From: Camelus ferus
Taxonomy: Eukaryota
Assembly (NCBI RefSeq): GCF_009834535.1
Contig: NC_045696.1
Span: forward strand, 61,568,001 to 61,632,000
Reading direction: 5' to 3'
DNA: 64,000 nt
Positions 39,594-52,830 of this stretch are shown piece after piece (positions within the stretch are counted from its first letter, which is position 1; each line of letters begins with the position of its first letter). Both the position numbers and the translations under genes were made by a program. The notes under the pieces are model-generated. The model was not told the origin of the DNA. It worked only from the letters and a program-made list of their open reading frames with translations, and ran no database searches.

Positions 39594-41404
39594 ACCTCTT
39601 TGGCACTGTGGTTTATGGAGTATCAGTTGTTTATTTTGGTCCTTAAGGATTTTATCTATCTAATGCCTATTTAGGAATAGAACTTAGGAAAGAAAGAAAA
39701 AAAAATGAGAGAGAGAGAAAGAATTTTAAAAGAAGGGAGAAAGAGGGTTTGAAAACAGTGTATAATGAATAATAGAAGAGTGAGTTGAAGCAGAGTATTA
39801 ATCGGCTTGAGACGTCCTTTTAAAACCTTTACCAAAAAAGGGGGGGGGAGATGAATACATGTATTTGAAACCTGTGTCTAATCAATAGCAGGACATCAAA
39901 ACCCAAGAGAAATAGAAATGAATTAAGAAGTAAAAATTAAGAGAGTAATAGAAAATAGAACAGGTAAAAACAGATTAAAAAAAAAAGGGTGGGGGGAGGG
40001 TTTGTCAGTGTTCTCCTGGAGTCTGTGTTTTTAATGTGAAGTCTTTCTGTCTTCGTCCTGTTTTGGAAGCTCAGCTTGATGTTTTCAGAGGCCCTCCGTT
40101 GGCGCCCTCTTCTGTGCTGCTCCCAGCACCTGTTGGCAAGCAGATCGCGCCTCCTCCTAACACTGGGTCAGGTGCAGCTCTCTGCTGTGGGCGGGCGGGT
40201 CGCTGCCCCTCCGGATGCCGCAGTCAGATGTTGCAGACTGGCCAGGTAGAAGGGCGGGTTGTGCCCCCTCCCAGCAACTCGGTCAGGGGCTGTGTTCCTG
40301 CCCGAAAGGCGGGGGGGCCGCTCTCCCTCTACCTGCGCCGCTGGTAGCTCCGCTCTCTGTGCGGCTGAGCGCTCTGCCCTGGTCGGCGCTCCGCCCTGGT
40401 CGGTGCTCCGCAGGTGGGCTCGGGGAAGACCCGAGGGACAGCCCTGTCCCTGCTCCGAGCCAAAACCCAGCTCCTTGTTTGTCTTTGTGGAGCAAGTTCT
40501 CTGAGGGACCAGGATAGAAGCATCCTATCTGCCCCGGGCTGCAGGCCGGTCTCAGTCTGGCCTTTGAGGCTGCTAAGCCCTTCCGTGCGGATGCAGGTTT
40601 CGCCCCGCCCCCGCCTGGGTGCTCAGCGCGGAGGATATGGCGGCTGTTCCTGAGCCCCGCCTCTCTTCCCCCGAAAACTTTCCGCGGGTTTTCAGAGATG
40701 GGGGTGTGCACCCTTCCCCCGAGAGCACATCAACCTTGCTGTTTTATGGAGGGCCCAGGTTGTTCTGCCCTGTGCACCCACAGTCACAGCGTGCAGCCCC
40801 TTGCAGTCCCCCCGGGGCTGCCTCTGTGCAGCCGCCCCCGTCCTCCGCCCGGCTTGTGCAGCCTGGCCCTGCCTGCCGCTGCCGGCCTGTCCCAGGCTGG
40901 GTGTTGGGGGGACGCTCTGTGCCCGTTTAACTTAGTTCTGTTAGTCAAGGGCTGCTCTGTACAGATCCGAGCCTCGGAGGCTCCCCCTCCGTCCCGCTGG
41001 CCTCTCAGTTGGAGAGGGGAGACCCAGCGAGCGAGCGTCAGTCCTCCTTTGCCGCTCCCTCCCCGCGGGACCCGTCCCGCGCTGCTTTGCCTTTTGTTCT
41101 TTCTTTTTTCCTTTTCTCCTACCAGATTTTTGGCGTCTTTATCTTTTGAAGAGGGCGATGTTCTGTCGGAGTTCTGCAGGTGCTCTGGTTGGCTGAGTGG
41201 GTCTGTAGATGTGGGTCTTGATGTATTTGTGGGAGAGGGTGACCTGCGAGCGTCCTTCTACTCCACCATCTTCTCCGTCTCCTGGTAACTTTTAAATAAA
41301 TAATGTAATTGGGCTTTTTTGGATACTCTGATAATAATCTTTTAGTATCTCAGTATTTGTTTCCTAATACATACTCAATTTGAGCAGTCATCTTAACTCT
41401 AAAT

Positions 41405-41625
41405 CGGGTTGGCTAACTTTTTCTCTATAGAGCCAGATAGTAAATATTTTAGACTTTGTGGTCCATACTGTTTCTCACAACTACTCAACTCCGTTGTTAT
41501 CACACAAAAGCAGCCATATATTATGTAAATGAGTAAACATAGACCTTGTATAAACCTTAAATATAAACCTTATTTATAGACCTTAAGCCAGATTAGGCCC
41601 AGGAGCCATAGTTTGCCAACTTACG
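41405..41625. mobile_element. MER58A-like hAT MITE
   Basis: gccagatagtaaatattttagactttgtgg...gccatagtttgccaac; near 8-bp TSD ctctaaat/ctctggat. Confidence 0.8.
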
Positions 41626-42239
41626 CTCTGGATTGTCATCTTTCTTATACTGTGGCATATCTAAATCTACTTCTAGATACCTCACCCCCACAAATGCACT
41701 TGTGTGCATGTACATACACATTCACTCTCTGATACTCATTAATCTGTGGATTGGATTCAAAGCCACTGGAGGTGTTAGTGATTTCTTTAAGGACAGGCGA
41801 GTTCAGGCAAACTACTGCATTTTAAAATTCTTTTCATCTTCACCTTAAGCCATACTCACTTGATTCTAGGGTTAAAATTATAGTTCTTATTTGTAAAAGC
41901 TACATGATTACCATAGATTAAGCAGAATCTAAAACACAATAACCTGGTAAGAAATTGGAAATTTTAAGAAATTATAGATCGCACATTTCAGAGGAACATG
42001 TGGTTTGAAAGCTCTAGCCTTGGTTATGACCTCAAGTCAGGCATAATAAAGTAGAAGAACTAAAAATATATCCCATTTCCTGAGGTATAAAAGCCTGGAA
42101 GTGTTTTCTTTCAGAGAATCCTTTCCTTACGGTCCTTTCAGACTCTGCAAATACCTAAGGAACAGGTGTCTGGACTTAAGAATCACTGAAGATAAAATCC
42201 TGTGACTAGCCTTGTAATGATTTTGTGGTGAAAATCCTT

Positions 42240-43800
42240 TATTCTTTGTTTTTTAGAGAACATACTGTATGATTTCAGTCCTTTTAAATTTACTGACACA
42301 TGTTTTATATCCAGCATATGGTTTATCTTGATGAGTGTCCCTCGCGTCTTTGAATGTATATTCTGTTGTTGGATAGAATAAACTATAAAGGGCAATTAGG
42401 TCAACTTGGTAGTCTCAAGTCTTCTATATGATTTCTGTATTTTCTTTATACCTGTTCTATCATTTACCAAGAGGAGTATTGAAATCTTCAATAATAATTG
42501 CTAATTTATCTATCTCTTCTTTCAGTTCTGTCTGTTTTTGCTTCATGTGTTTTGGAACTCTGTAATTAGGTGTATATACATTTGTAATTGTTATGTCTGC
42601 CTACCTGGTTAACTCTTTTATCGTTATGAAATGACCTTCTTTGACTAGTAATATTCCTTGTCTTTGCATCTATTTTGTCTGATATCAATATAGCCAATCC
42701 AACTGTCTTATGATTACTATTTCAAAGTATCTCTTTTCCCTCATCCTTTTACTTTTAATTTATCTTTGTATTTAAATTGAGTCTCCCAGATGGCATATAA
42801 TTAGATCTTGCTTTTTATCTAACCCAGTCTTAAAATCTTTGCCTTTTGATTTGAGTCTTTAGTCCATTTATATTTAATGTAATTGTTGGACAAGGACATT
42901 GTCCTTATCTCTGTGGGACATTGTCCTTGTCTCTGTGTCTCTGAAGCTGTGCTTTCTTCTCTCTGCTTTTTGGATGGGTTAATTTCTGTTACTCTGTCTT
43001 CAAGTTCATAGATTTTTTTTTCTTCTTGTCACTTCAACTCTGCTATTGAGCCAGGCTAATGAGTTTTGGTTACTGTGCTCCTCAACTCTAAAATTTTCAT
43101 TTGGCTCTTTTTTATAGTTTCCATTTCTCTATTGAGATCTCTGTTTGTTCATTTATTAGTACTATATTTTTCTTTAATTCTTTATATATATTTTATAATA
43201 ACTGCTTTGAAATCTTTGCCAAATCCAACATCTAGGGCCCACTTGGAGTCTGTTTCTACTGCTTTTTTCCCCATGAGTATCAGTTGCACTTACTTGTTTC
43301 TTTTCATACCCAGTAATTTTTTCATTGAAAATTGGACATGTGGATAATATATGGTAGTAACTTTGGAATGTTTTGTTCTTTTAGAAGCTGCTTTGTTTTT
43401 CTGAAGAGGGTAGTTTTTTATGTTCTAGTAAGCAGTTAACTTGTCTGGACTGGAACGGTAAACTGTCTCCCCCACAGTATGCACAGCTAATGTCTTTGTT
43501 CAGTTTTTTTGGCTTCTAGCTGCTGCTTTTTCTGCCTGCTTCCCTGGGGGTTTCCCCTGTGCCTGTGTAAATACAGTGGTCACACAAGGATTTGGGCAGA
43601 GTTTATTCTCAGACTTGGTAACTTACCCTCTTTGTGGTTTTGTTGCTTCTGGAGTTCCTCCTCTAAGTTTCCAGTTTCTTTACTGTCTCTGCATTTTGTC
43701 CTCTGACCTAAAGCTGTAAGACTTTGCCTTTCTGCTCTCTGTGCTGTGTGTATACGTCTGCTGTGTCCTAGTCAAAGGTAAAGCAAACTTGCAAATTTCA
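42240..43800 (-). mobile_element. Old L1 fragments (ORF2 start, ORF1 and 5' remnants)
   Basis: Endonuclease remnant RGTLIKINHML (42183-42395 -); degenerate antisense L1 text. Confidence 0.65.
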
Positions 43801-44477
43801 CCTGGAATGGTTCTGTTTTCTTATGTTTATATTCTGTAAAATAGGGATAGCTCCTAGGATTGATGAGAAAATTAAACGAGATAATACAAATCACTAAACA
43901 AATACCAGACTATTAGCTTTTTATGTCTAATCTCTGTTGTCCATGTTTTGTTGGTAATAGGAGTGATGATGATGATTTGGAGGTTCTTAGGTCCATAGAA
44001 TGGGGTTAATCTGTGATTTGGGTGGAGAGAGGGAAAAAGTAGATGTTGGTAGTTAGTTCTGATAGGAAATACAATGAAGGAAAGTAATGATAGCAGCAGG
44101 GGGTATCATTATTGGGAAGTATGAAATTATGATTTTGTTATTACAAAGTTAGGACTTCCTGCCTCCAAGTATATAGATGCAACAATCTCTAGTATTTACA
44201 AAGTATAAGGATAAAACACCCTATATCTTTGCTTATTTTTCCGAATGGAAGAACTGGATAATTGTGTTTCTTAAGTTTAGTTTAACAATCAATGCTGCTG
44301 TTTTTATAACAAACAGGTGTTTCAGAGTAGTGGACCACAAAGTGCTTGTTTAATAAGCCTATTCTGCATCTTTAGAATCTATAGTCAGATTTGGCTATTC
44401 ATGATTATATAAGTTCCACATTATTTGTAGAACTGCTTTGTAAACTTTAAAGGCTATGTAAATTTTATTATAGTAAT

Positions 44478-44860
44478 TTTTTTATTGTTGTAAAATATAC
44501 ACAACAATATTTATTATTTTAACTATTTGTAAGTGTATAATTCAGTGGCATTAAATAAATTCACAATGTTGTGTAATCATCACCATTGTATATACCAAAA
44601 GTTTTTCATCATTCCCAGCATAAACTCTGTGCCCACTGAACAATAACTCTACATTTCTCCCTACCCCCAGCCTCTGGTAACTGCTATTCAATTTTCTGTC
44701 TATATTCCAGGTGCTTGATATAAGTGGAATCATATAATAATTGTATTTTTGTGTGTGGCTTATTTCTTTTAGCATAATGTTTTCAAGGACCATTCATGTG
44801 GTAGCACATATTGAAATTTCATTTCTTTTTAAGGTTGAATAACATTCCATTGTACATATG
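44478..44860 (-). mobile_element. L1MB-type 3' end
   Basis: LENIMLKEISHTQK remnant; T-rich tail at ~44478. Confidence 0.8.
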
Positions 44861-45153
44861 TACTGTAGTAATGTGAGAAAATTTAGGTAGCCTTTTTTGG
44901 TAAAATATAACAAGTTTTAGATTTTGGTGGTAAATTTCTTAAGAAAAGCCTTTAAAGAGTAAATAAAATCTGGGAACTGTTCTGGAGGAATATTTACATT
45001 TTTAGTATTAAATATGGATCCCACACAAGTCTTAAGTTGAAAAAAAAATACCAAACGTATGTGGTGAAATTGATGTATGTTCTTTTTCTAGGTGTTTCTC
45101 CCTGACCGAAAAACTTTTGGTTTTTCTAGATAACTTTTGAGATATATACTCTT

Positions 45154-45263
45154 TTTAAATTTATTTATTTATTATTATTTTTTGGTGGAGGTACTGGGGA
45201 TTGAACGCAGGACCTCATGCATGCTAACATGCACTGTACTGCTTGAGCTATACCCTCCACCCC
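45154..45263 (-). mobile_element. tRNA-derived SINE (vic-1 type, short tail) ~100 nt upstream of FBXO45 exon 3
   Basis: Same body as 19317-19451; TSD agatatatactctt (45140-45153) / agatatatattctt (45265-45278). Confidence 0.9.
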
Positions 45264-45361
45264 AAGATATATATTCTTAATAATATTTTCAGCTTATTGA
45301 TTTCTTCTAGCTATGCCTTTGGTGAGTTTTCTTCTAACCTTCTTTTGATGTCTGTTTGCAG

Positions 45362-45547
45362 ATAGGAGAAAGAATTCGAGTCATCTTGGACATGGAAGAT
45401 AAGACTTTAGCTTTTGAACGTGGATATGAGTTCCTGGGGGTTGCCTTTAGAGGACTTCCAAAGGTCTGCTTATATCCAGCAGTTTCTGCTGTATATGGCA
45501 ACACAGAAGTGACTTTGGTTTACCTTGGAAAACCTTTAGATGGATGA
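45362..45547 (+). CDS. FBXO45: FBXO45 exon 3 coding part (end of SPRY, 61 aa + stop)
   Basis: Acceptor gtctgtttgc[63 protein letters not shown]; total 285 aa. Confidence 0.97.
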   Translation: MGERIRVILDMEDKTLAFERGYEFLGVAFRGLPKVCLYPAVSAVYGNTEVTLVYLGKPLDG

Positions 45548-48500
45548 CAGTGGCTTTCTTGGGATGAAAGAGTGGAGGAGATACCTGCTTATGGAAAGTA
45601 GAATCTTGAAGTGACAGTGTCATACATGCATGCCCAAGAAACATCCTGAAAAACACATGATATTGTTAACTGGAGAAGCAACTCTACAGCAGAGATTATC
45701 TTAGTGTTTCCTCTTTCTACTGGGCCAGAAAAATCCTCAGGGTTGCAGTTGGTTGAGTGGGCAGTTGACATATGCATGTTGTAACAGATTTTGTCTCTAA
45801 GTTATTGCAATGTGTTATTTCCAACTTTTAAGGCGAGAGCTTAGAGATTGTGAGAGCTTAGAAAAGGGATAAGATAAGGAAAATAGCAAGAGTTTTAAGT
45901 AGTGTGTTTGTGAAGAAAGACTGATCCTATTTTACAACTGCCTGTTTTTTCTCCAGACCCTTTTTTCCAACCAGCTTGACTATTAGAAAAGTATGAAACT
46001 GGTTGGATTTTATTTAATATTTTTAATATATTGAGAAGCATGGTCTGCCTGGACTGCACTTCTCTAACAGTGAGATATAAAATTGTGCAGCTATTTTAAA
46101 AGTTGTATATTACTATTGTGTGTAAAAAAAAACTGTAAAAAAAAAAGTATAGGACAAAGGAGTTGCTTTGTTCTAGTTCAATTTCTTAAAAACCACTACA
46201 TGGTACAAAATTAGAATAACATTTAGGGACAGTTTGGTAACTACAAAGAAGAGAATTTTAAGAGGAGATGTGTTGTATTGGCTCATTTTGTATTATATTT
46301 GGCTTACAGTTTCCATGGCTATTACAGTCTGGTTTATTTTTTTAACCATCAAAATTATTGTAAAGATCACTCAGTCTCCTGGCTAAGATTGAGGGAAGGC
46401 AAATCTATTTCTAATCATACATATATCAGTAATAATAATAATAATAATATGCATCTTATAGTATCTGGTTTTATTTTTTGACCTTCTGAGAAAGGGTGTC
46501 ATAAGAACACAGAACATTGCCATTTGTTCTTATAGCTGTCAAATATGAAAGCTGTCAGTCACATACCTTAAGAAAATAATTGATCAATGGTTCTTTTATT
46601 TTGTAACTTTATAATTCTGTGGGTATTATAATTTTATTAATTTCATATTGTTTACATCATGCAACAATCTAAGCCTCAAACTCTTCATTGGGGTTATCAA
46701 GAAAATGTTTACTCACCCACGTGAAATAGTGCCAACCTGAACCCAGCTTAAGAATGTTCTTAATCTTATTATAGATAATTGCCCCCATGGGACTTGAAAT
46801 AAAACACCTTATGCTGGAAACTTCAGGTTGGCAATATTTTGAAGGTTTCATTGTAGAAGAGTTTAACGTTAATTCCTTTTCAGAATTTTTGACTATACAT
46901 CTGATTTCACTAATACTATTTCAAATTAATAATTCAACATACATGAGCTGAGGTTTTCTTTTGTTAGAAAGGAAACAAACATCTTTCTGTATGAAAGTAT
47001 AGATTGTATGGTTTCAGATACATCTTTGTGGTAAGAATCGACTAAGGCAAGTGGAATCTTTGTACTTTTTAGGTTTTGCTGTATGCATATTTTGTCTTGA
47101 ATCTAATAAAATTAGGGACAGCAAGCAGCTGGCTGGGATTCTTAGGTAGCTCCCTGAGAGTTAATATTATCAATACTCCTACGAAGCAAGGGATTTCAGT
47201 CATGAACAAAGATTTTATTTTTGTCACCTGAAGTGTTTACAAGTATTTGTTGTAGATTTGGTATGTTGCTTAAAGGTGAAATCTGTTAAAGATCATTTTT
47301 TTTTTGATATTGACATCAAGAAGAAACCTAGAAACCATATTTAATACTACAGAGTAAAGTTATATGTTTAATGTATTAGAGAATATAGCTGCTACAGAAT
47401 TTTTTTTTTTTTTTTGATGTAGAGCAACTTGATTTGACAAAGTTTAAAATTTAATTAAAGAAGAGATCTGGCTCAGGATAAAGATTCAACTAGTTAGAAC
47501 TGTAAGGTCTTTTAAGTACTTGTTTCTTTTTCAGATTGTGATATGGCCAATTCCAAGAGCTTTTGCTGAGAGTTTTGTTTATATCTTCTGTTTTATCTTA
47601 GTAAACATTCATTTGCAACAAACTTTTGAAGGTGCTGAATGGAAAACAGAAACACATGGTTATTGCATATTGAACCTAGAATCAAATAATTGCCTAAATG
47701 TTTAACAACAAGCCATTCTTATCTCAAAGGTTTAAATTTTCTAATATCCCATTTGCAAATTTTATAAAATGGAGGTTCATGTTTTGCATGAGTATCAGGG
47801 GAATAAAGAGCCTTCATTTATAACTGGTAAATTATCTTGTTCCTGGAGACCAATAGCAGCTGTACAGAATACTAAGACAAACTGTTACAGTGTTTGAGGA
47901 AGTGGAATCTCTTTTTCATTGGTGCTGAAACAGCATTTAGGTGGAAGACTGTTGCATCTGAAGATTGAATATTAATCATCTAAACCAATGGTTCTCAACC
48001 TTAGCTGTGCTTTGGAGTCATATATGTTTTGAAAAATATTGATGCTTGGGTTCCCTACACTAAGATTCTGATGTTTATCTAGGATATAACATGGCCATGA
48101 GGATTTTTTAAAAACTTAAGTGATTTCAACATGCTGCTAAGATTGAGAACCACTCATCTAAATTCTGCCTAATTATTCTCACCTGAAAAAAAAAATTTCC
48201 TTGTTCCCTCCCTTTACTACCTCACAAGAATATTGAGGGTAAAGAAGAAAATAATGGGAAAGTGCTCGTGCTATGGACAAAAAGTGCTATTGAAAGGCAA
48301 AGTTGTATTTGTTGTATTTCAACTGAAACTATGATCAGGAAAAATGTGTGATTGAATTTGCTTTGTTGACTTGGAAAACCAGGGACACTCTTTGGTTCTT
48401 AACTTTAGTGAAGCATGCAGATGGGTAAGAAAACATTACTATTACTCTTATTCATACTACGGTCTTCTGTCAAACTTGATAGGCTGGTTGAATTACCCGG

Positions 48501-50200
48501 TTTTACATAGGAAAGATGAAATATTAAGGCTTAAAGTCTGTATTGGTCAATGGCTCACAATTCATTAAACCTTTTCATACAAAGAATTCTGTGTTTAATA
48601 TATATCATTTCTTAGTTGTCATTATTTTTTCATTACCTGACTCTTGAATGTTAAACCATTTATTTCATCTTCTTCATTCTTATTCCTCTAAGTCTAGATA
48701 TAGATTTGTTAAGGTACCTAAAGCAAGTAGGTGTTGCTCAGTTGAATACTTAAAGCTATGGTTCCATGATTAGGCATCTTTTGCCTTTTAGATATGATTT
48801 GACCTGGGAAAGAGAATTTTGAAAATAACAGAGCCCTAACCCGTATAGGAAGTGTTATAATTAAACTTTCATTTATGTCCCCAAACTGCTGTTTATAGAC
48901 TGTAATATTTATATTTTTTGATCATTTTTTAAAATGAACAGTTTGATGAGATAGAAACTTGAGTTTTAAAGATTAGTATTGATATTACTTTTTAGGAATC
49001 AAGACCACCACAATCAGAACCACTTTGAAGCCTTCCTGGAAGGAACAGTCCATACCCAACCCAAATACTATCCTCATAAAGCATTCCTCGGTTCCTCTAG
49101 CCAGATGTAATCTCTCCTTCCTTGAAATTTCCTTGTTTTTATATTTTACCTATACTTAATTCATGCTGTATTACTTTATACCTTGTATAAATTTATTTAT
49201 ATTTATGTCTTTATCTCTCCTAAACATCTTGCGAAAGGATCTCTGATGGACTCATCTTTATGCCCACTTAATCAAAACCAGTAGTCAGGTGCTTGCATGT
49301 TTGCTGTAGGAAGAAAATAGCTTCTCTGAAGTTACAGACTATAGTGACAAAAGATAGATGAGAAAGATGCTCTTTGTATTCTATCCAAGTGAAGCAAATC
49401 TGAGGCTAGTGAGGAAGAAATAATGGCTGTGAATGCATTTACCCATTCCCTTTTATTCTTAAATAGTAGTAAACTTTAATACTGAGTTCTTGGTGTAGAT
49501 TTCATATTTGTTTAGAATTAAAATTAGAACTCTGTATATTAATTATTGAAATTCTTTTTTTGCTTTAGTTTCTTAATAAAAAGTTAAAACAAACATTAAC
49601 CACCTGTGATTGCTTACATTTAAATCAAGGAATTTTTTAATACATTGATCAGAAAGAAAAAACAGGGGTACCGTAGTACCCAAATGTGATGATGGAATTT
49701 ACCTATAAATTCCATGGCTTTTAATAATAGAATCCACATTTCCTATGTTTAGAATGGAACATGGACAGGGAATAGCAATTCACTGGGATCCTGTTTCACT
49801 ATTGCCCACCCCCAGCTAACAGTTGTTTGATAATGCAGTTGTTTGCCAAGAGTTATAAGAGGCAGGCATGGCTGAACAAATGGTTCCTGTGATCCAAAAG
49901 CTTAGAAGAATCAATTGATCATGTTGCTAAAAGTTGCCTAATACATTACTATGTTAAAATTTATACAAAGGATTTTCATTTTCTAAAGGAAAATTAAGTA
50001 GGTATAAATTTTCTGTATTTATCTTTTAGTTTAGTGGGAAAGAGATACCAGGGACAGCTTTACCAATCTGTTGTTCTAATTTCTTTTCTGGATCCTCTCC
50101 CAAGCTGTTTGCTTTTTATTTAATGTATTCACTAAAATATTGTTTAGAGCAACGTGTTCTCTACTGTTCAGAATAAAGTTTGTTAAAAGAAGTAGCCCTT
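45548..50200 (+). other. FBXO45: Probable long AU-rich 3' UTR of FBXO45
   Basis: Repeat-poor, AU-rich stretch after the stop; AATAAA at ~46798, ~47105, ~47801, ~49575 and 50172 (the last followed by GT/T-rich sequence). Which end is used is inferred. Confidence 0.55.
47986..48155. mobile_element. MER5-family MITE within the probable FBXO45 3' UTR
   Basis: TIRs caatggttctcaa / ttgagaaccact; near 8-bp TSD atctaaac/atctaaat. Confidence 0.75.
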
Positions 50201-51943
50201 CCAGATTTAAGATTGTCATTGTTCAGTTTGTGTATATAGGATTTCATGATGAGTGAGTGACTCAAGAAGTAAGAATCATTTAAGGAATTTTCCTTAGGTC
50301 ACCATTAACATCTTTAATTTCTGTCTTTTAAAACAAGGAAATATAAAAAGATTAGGGAAGTCAAGTCCTGTCTGTCTGTTCTGTGGTATATACTTAGTAA
50401 GTCGTATTGTCTTTCTGCTCCTTCCTTTTCTCTATAAATGAAATGGAAGATGATATTGAGTAATGGGAATGGTTTTGAGGTCCCTTGAGAAAGGCTCCCT
50501 GAAATAATGTATTAAAATACTAATATCCAGAGTTAGGTTAGTTAGAGGCATATTGTAATGGGAATAGGCCAGATTCTTTGTTTTAGTGTAACCTAATGTA
50601 TTTATGTTTTCCAACCAATGTTTGAAAGTTCTTTTATTTATCTGTGCCCTTTTTGGTCACCTTTACTTTTGAAAGGAAGGATTCTTAAGGTTGGAATGAA
50701 AGAAGTCAATAACTTCTCTCCCCCTTCAACAGGCCAAAGAGCGACATATATTAGACTTCATACCCAAATTGCCCGGAGCACTTCAGCCTCACTAGACTCC
50801 ACAACCCAGTGGACAGAGTGAGGGGAGGGTATGCCTGGAGTACCTTGAAAGGACAACCAACTGCCCTTTTAAGGAGTGACTCTACCAAGTAAAGGCTGGT
50901 GGGGGTTTTGGTTTTGTTTTAACTCTCATGCCCTGCATCTCTGTAACAATCCTAGTACTTCATATTTTTCAAGTGCCTCTTTAAAATTTTTTTGAGAAGG
51001 TTAGTAATGTTCTGTCATTTTGGTTTTAAAGCAAGAACACTGGAGTAATAGTTTGGGAGTCACAAGCTCTAAATCCTGGCAGTCCTGCTAGCCACGACAT
51101 GATTCCTGGGCAGATTTCTTCCCTTTTAGGGCTGTTTTCTTATGTGCTTAAATGAGGAGGTTGACCCAGCTCAATAGTTCTCATTTGGGGATGCCTACTA
51201 GAATCACCTGGGAAGCTTTTAATTTTTCAAACAGCTTTATTGAGATATAATCGACATATAATAAGCTACCCTTATTTAAAGTGTGCACGTTGATAAGTTT
51301 TGACATGGGTATATACCCATCACAATCAAGATAATACATACCTGGAAAGTTTTTAAAAGATAAGATGCCCGGGCAAATTAAATTAGATGGGATGGGGGAT
51401 GCACTCAGGCATCAGTTGTTTGGTTTTTTTTAAAGTTCCCGGGTAATTCTCTGAACTAGAAGATAACCATTGAGGACTGACTTGAAGAGACAAGAGGCAA
51501 AAATCTCTGTTTTATGACTAGGAGGAGAAAATTATTTTATATATATTTATCATAAATAATCTATATAATGTATAATTTTATATTTATATAATTATATATA
51601 ATATAGAATTTGTTATATATTCATATATAGAACTCTAGCCTTCTACCGAGAACAAGTCACTGACAGAGCCAGGGCTAGTAGCTAAGGCATCTAATACCTT
51701 GTCTGTTGGCCCTTCTATCATCCTCAGTGAGCAAGTCATTTAAAAGAGATCAATGTTCATATTAGGATTCTTTCAGGGACAGTGGATCTGGTATCCTTCC
51801 TGAATCAGGATGGTCATGAAATTGAGTGCTAATTCAGTTAAGAAGCTGCACCTGTGATTTGTCACATCTTAGACTCAAACTTTTCACCTCTGAAAAAACA
51901 GATATAATCATTGAAAATTGCTGCAGGAGAGAATAAAATCTGG

Positions 51944-52407
51944 TGTTATGGGTTGAATGGTGTCCCCCCTCCAAATTCATATGTTGAAGTCCTAACCCCA
52001 GATACCTCAGAGTGTTAACCTTATTTGGAGCTAGGGTTGTTGCAGGTGTAATTAGTTAAGATCATACTGGGATAGGGCGGGCCTCTAATCCAATGTGTTT
52101 GGTGTCCATATAAAAAGGGGGTATTTGGACATGTGCACACCAGGGAGAACACCACATGAAGATAAAGGCAGAGAATGGGATGATGCAGCAAAGCCAAAGA
52201 ATGTCAAAGATGGCCAGCAAAACCGCCAGATGCTAGGGAAGAGGAGGGCATGGACCAGATTCCTCCCTCACAGCTCAGAGGGAACCAGCTCTGCCCACAC
52301 TTTGAACTTGGACTTCTGGCCTCTAGAACAGTGAGAAGATAAATTTCTGCTGCTTAAGCCACCCAGTGTGTGGTATTTTGCCATGGCAGCCATAGGAAAC
52401 TAATACA
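51944..52407 (+). mobile_element. MLT1B/C-like MaLR solo LTR
   Basis: TGTTATGGGTTGAAT...GGAAACTAATACA; 5-bp near-TSD tctgg/cctgg. Confidence 0.85.
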
Positions 52408-52584
52408 CCTGGTAAGTTTTTGCTCTTCCAACTTTCCTATTTCTCTCTGGGGGCAACTTGGATGATGTATTTTATTGTTCACTGAAATCAGGGGTAAGGC
52501 CAGGAACTATTTTCAGGGGTGTTACAGATTTGTTGGAAGGTCTTTTGCCAGGTTATATTGGTAACCCAGTGTTTGTGAGGTACG

Positions 52585-52830
52585 TAGTGTTGTGGTAAAG
52601 GGCCTGGATTCTGGAGTCAAGACCACCTAGATTCAACCCCAGTTCGTATTAACTCTGTAACTTTGGAGAAGACATTTGATTTCTCTGGGCCTCAGTTCTC
52701 TTTTCTGTCAAAGGAGTGGGGAGTGCTAACTCCTTTAAGGGATGTTATGAGGTTGCAATGAAAGGCAATGTGAGATGCTTTAGAACAGTACCAGGAACAT
52801 ACTGAACATTCAATACATTTCTTATTACTG
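52585..52830 (+). mobile_element. MIR SINE
   Basis: ctggagtcaagaccacctagattcaaccccag...ctctgggcctcagtt. Confidence 0.7.

Larger units (their letters stand above)
34182..41282 (-). mobile_element. Full-length LINE-1 (~7.1 kb), antisense in FBXO45 intron 2, ORFs disabled
   Basis: CpG-rich 5' UTR starting GGAGACGGAGAAGATGG, then ORF1, spacer, ORF2 (EN, RT, Cys-rich) and 3' UTR with AATAAA; TSD tggtaacttttaa at 34169-34181 and 41283-41295 (TT/AAAA endonuclease site on the - strand). Confidence 0.97.

Noticed and set aside
34182..41282. Retrotransposition-competent L1
   Set aside because: A nonsense codon (36486) and two 2-bp deletions are not homopolymer-type errors, so the element as given is disabled.
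51530..51630. AT-rich quasi-palindromic stretch
   Set aside because: Low-complexity (TA)-rich decay with no specific structure.
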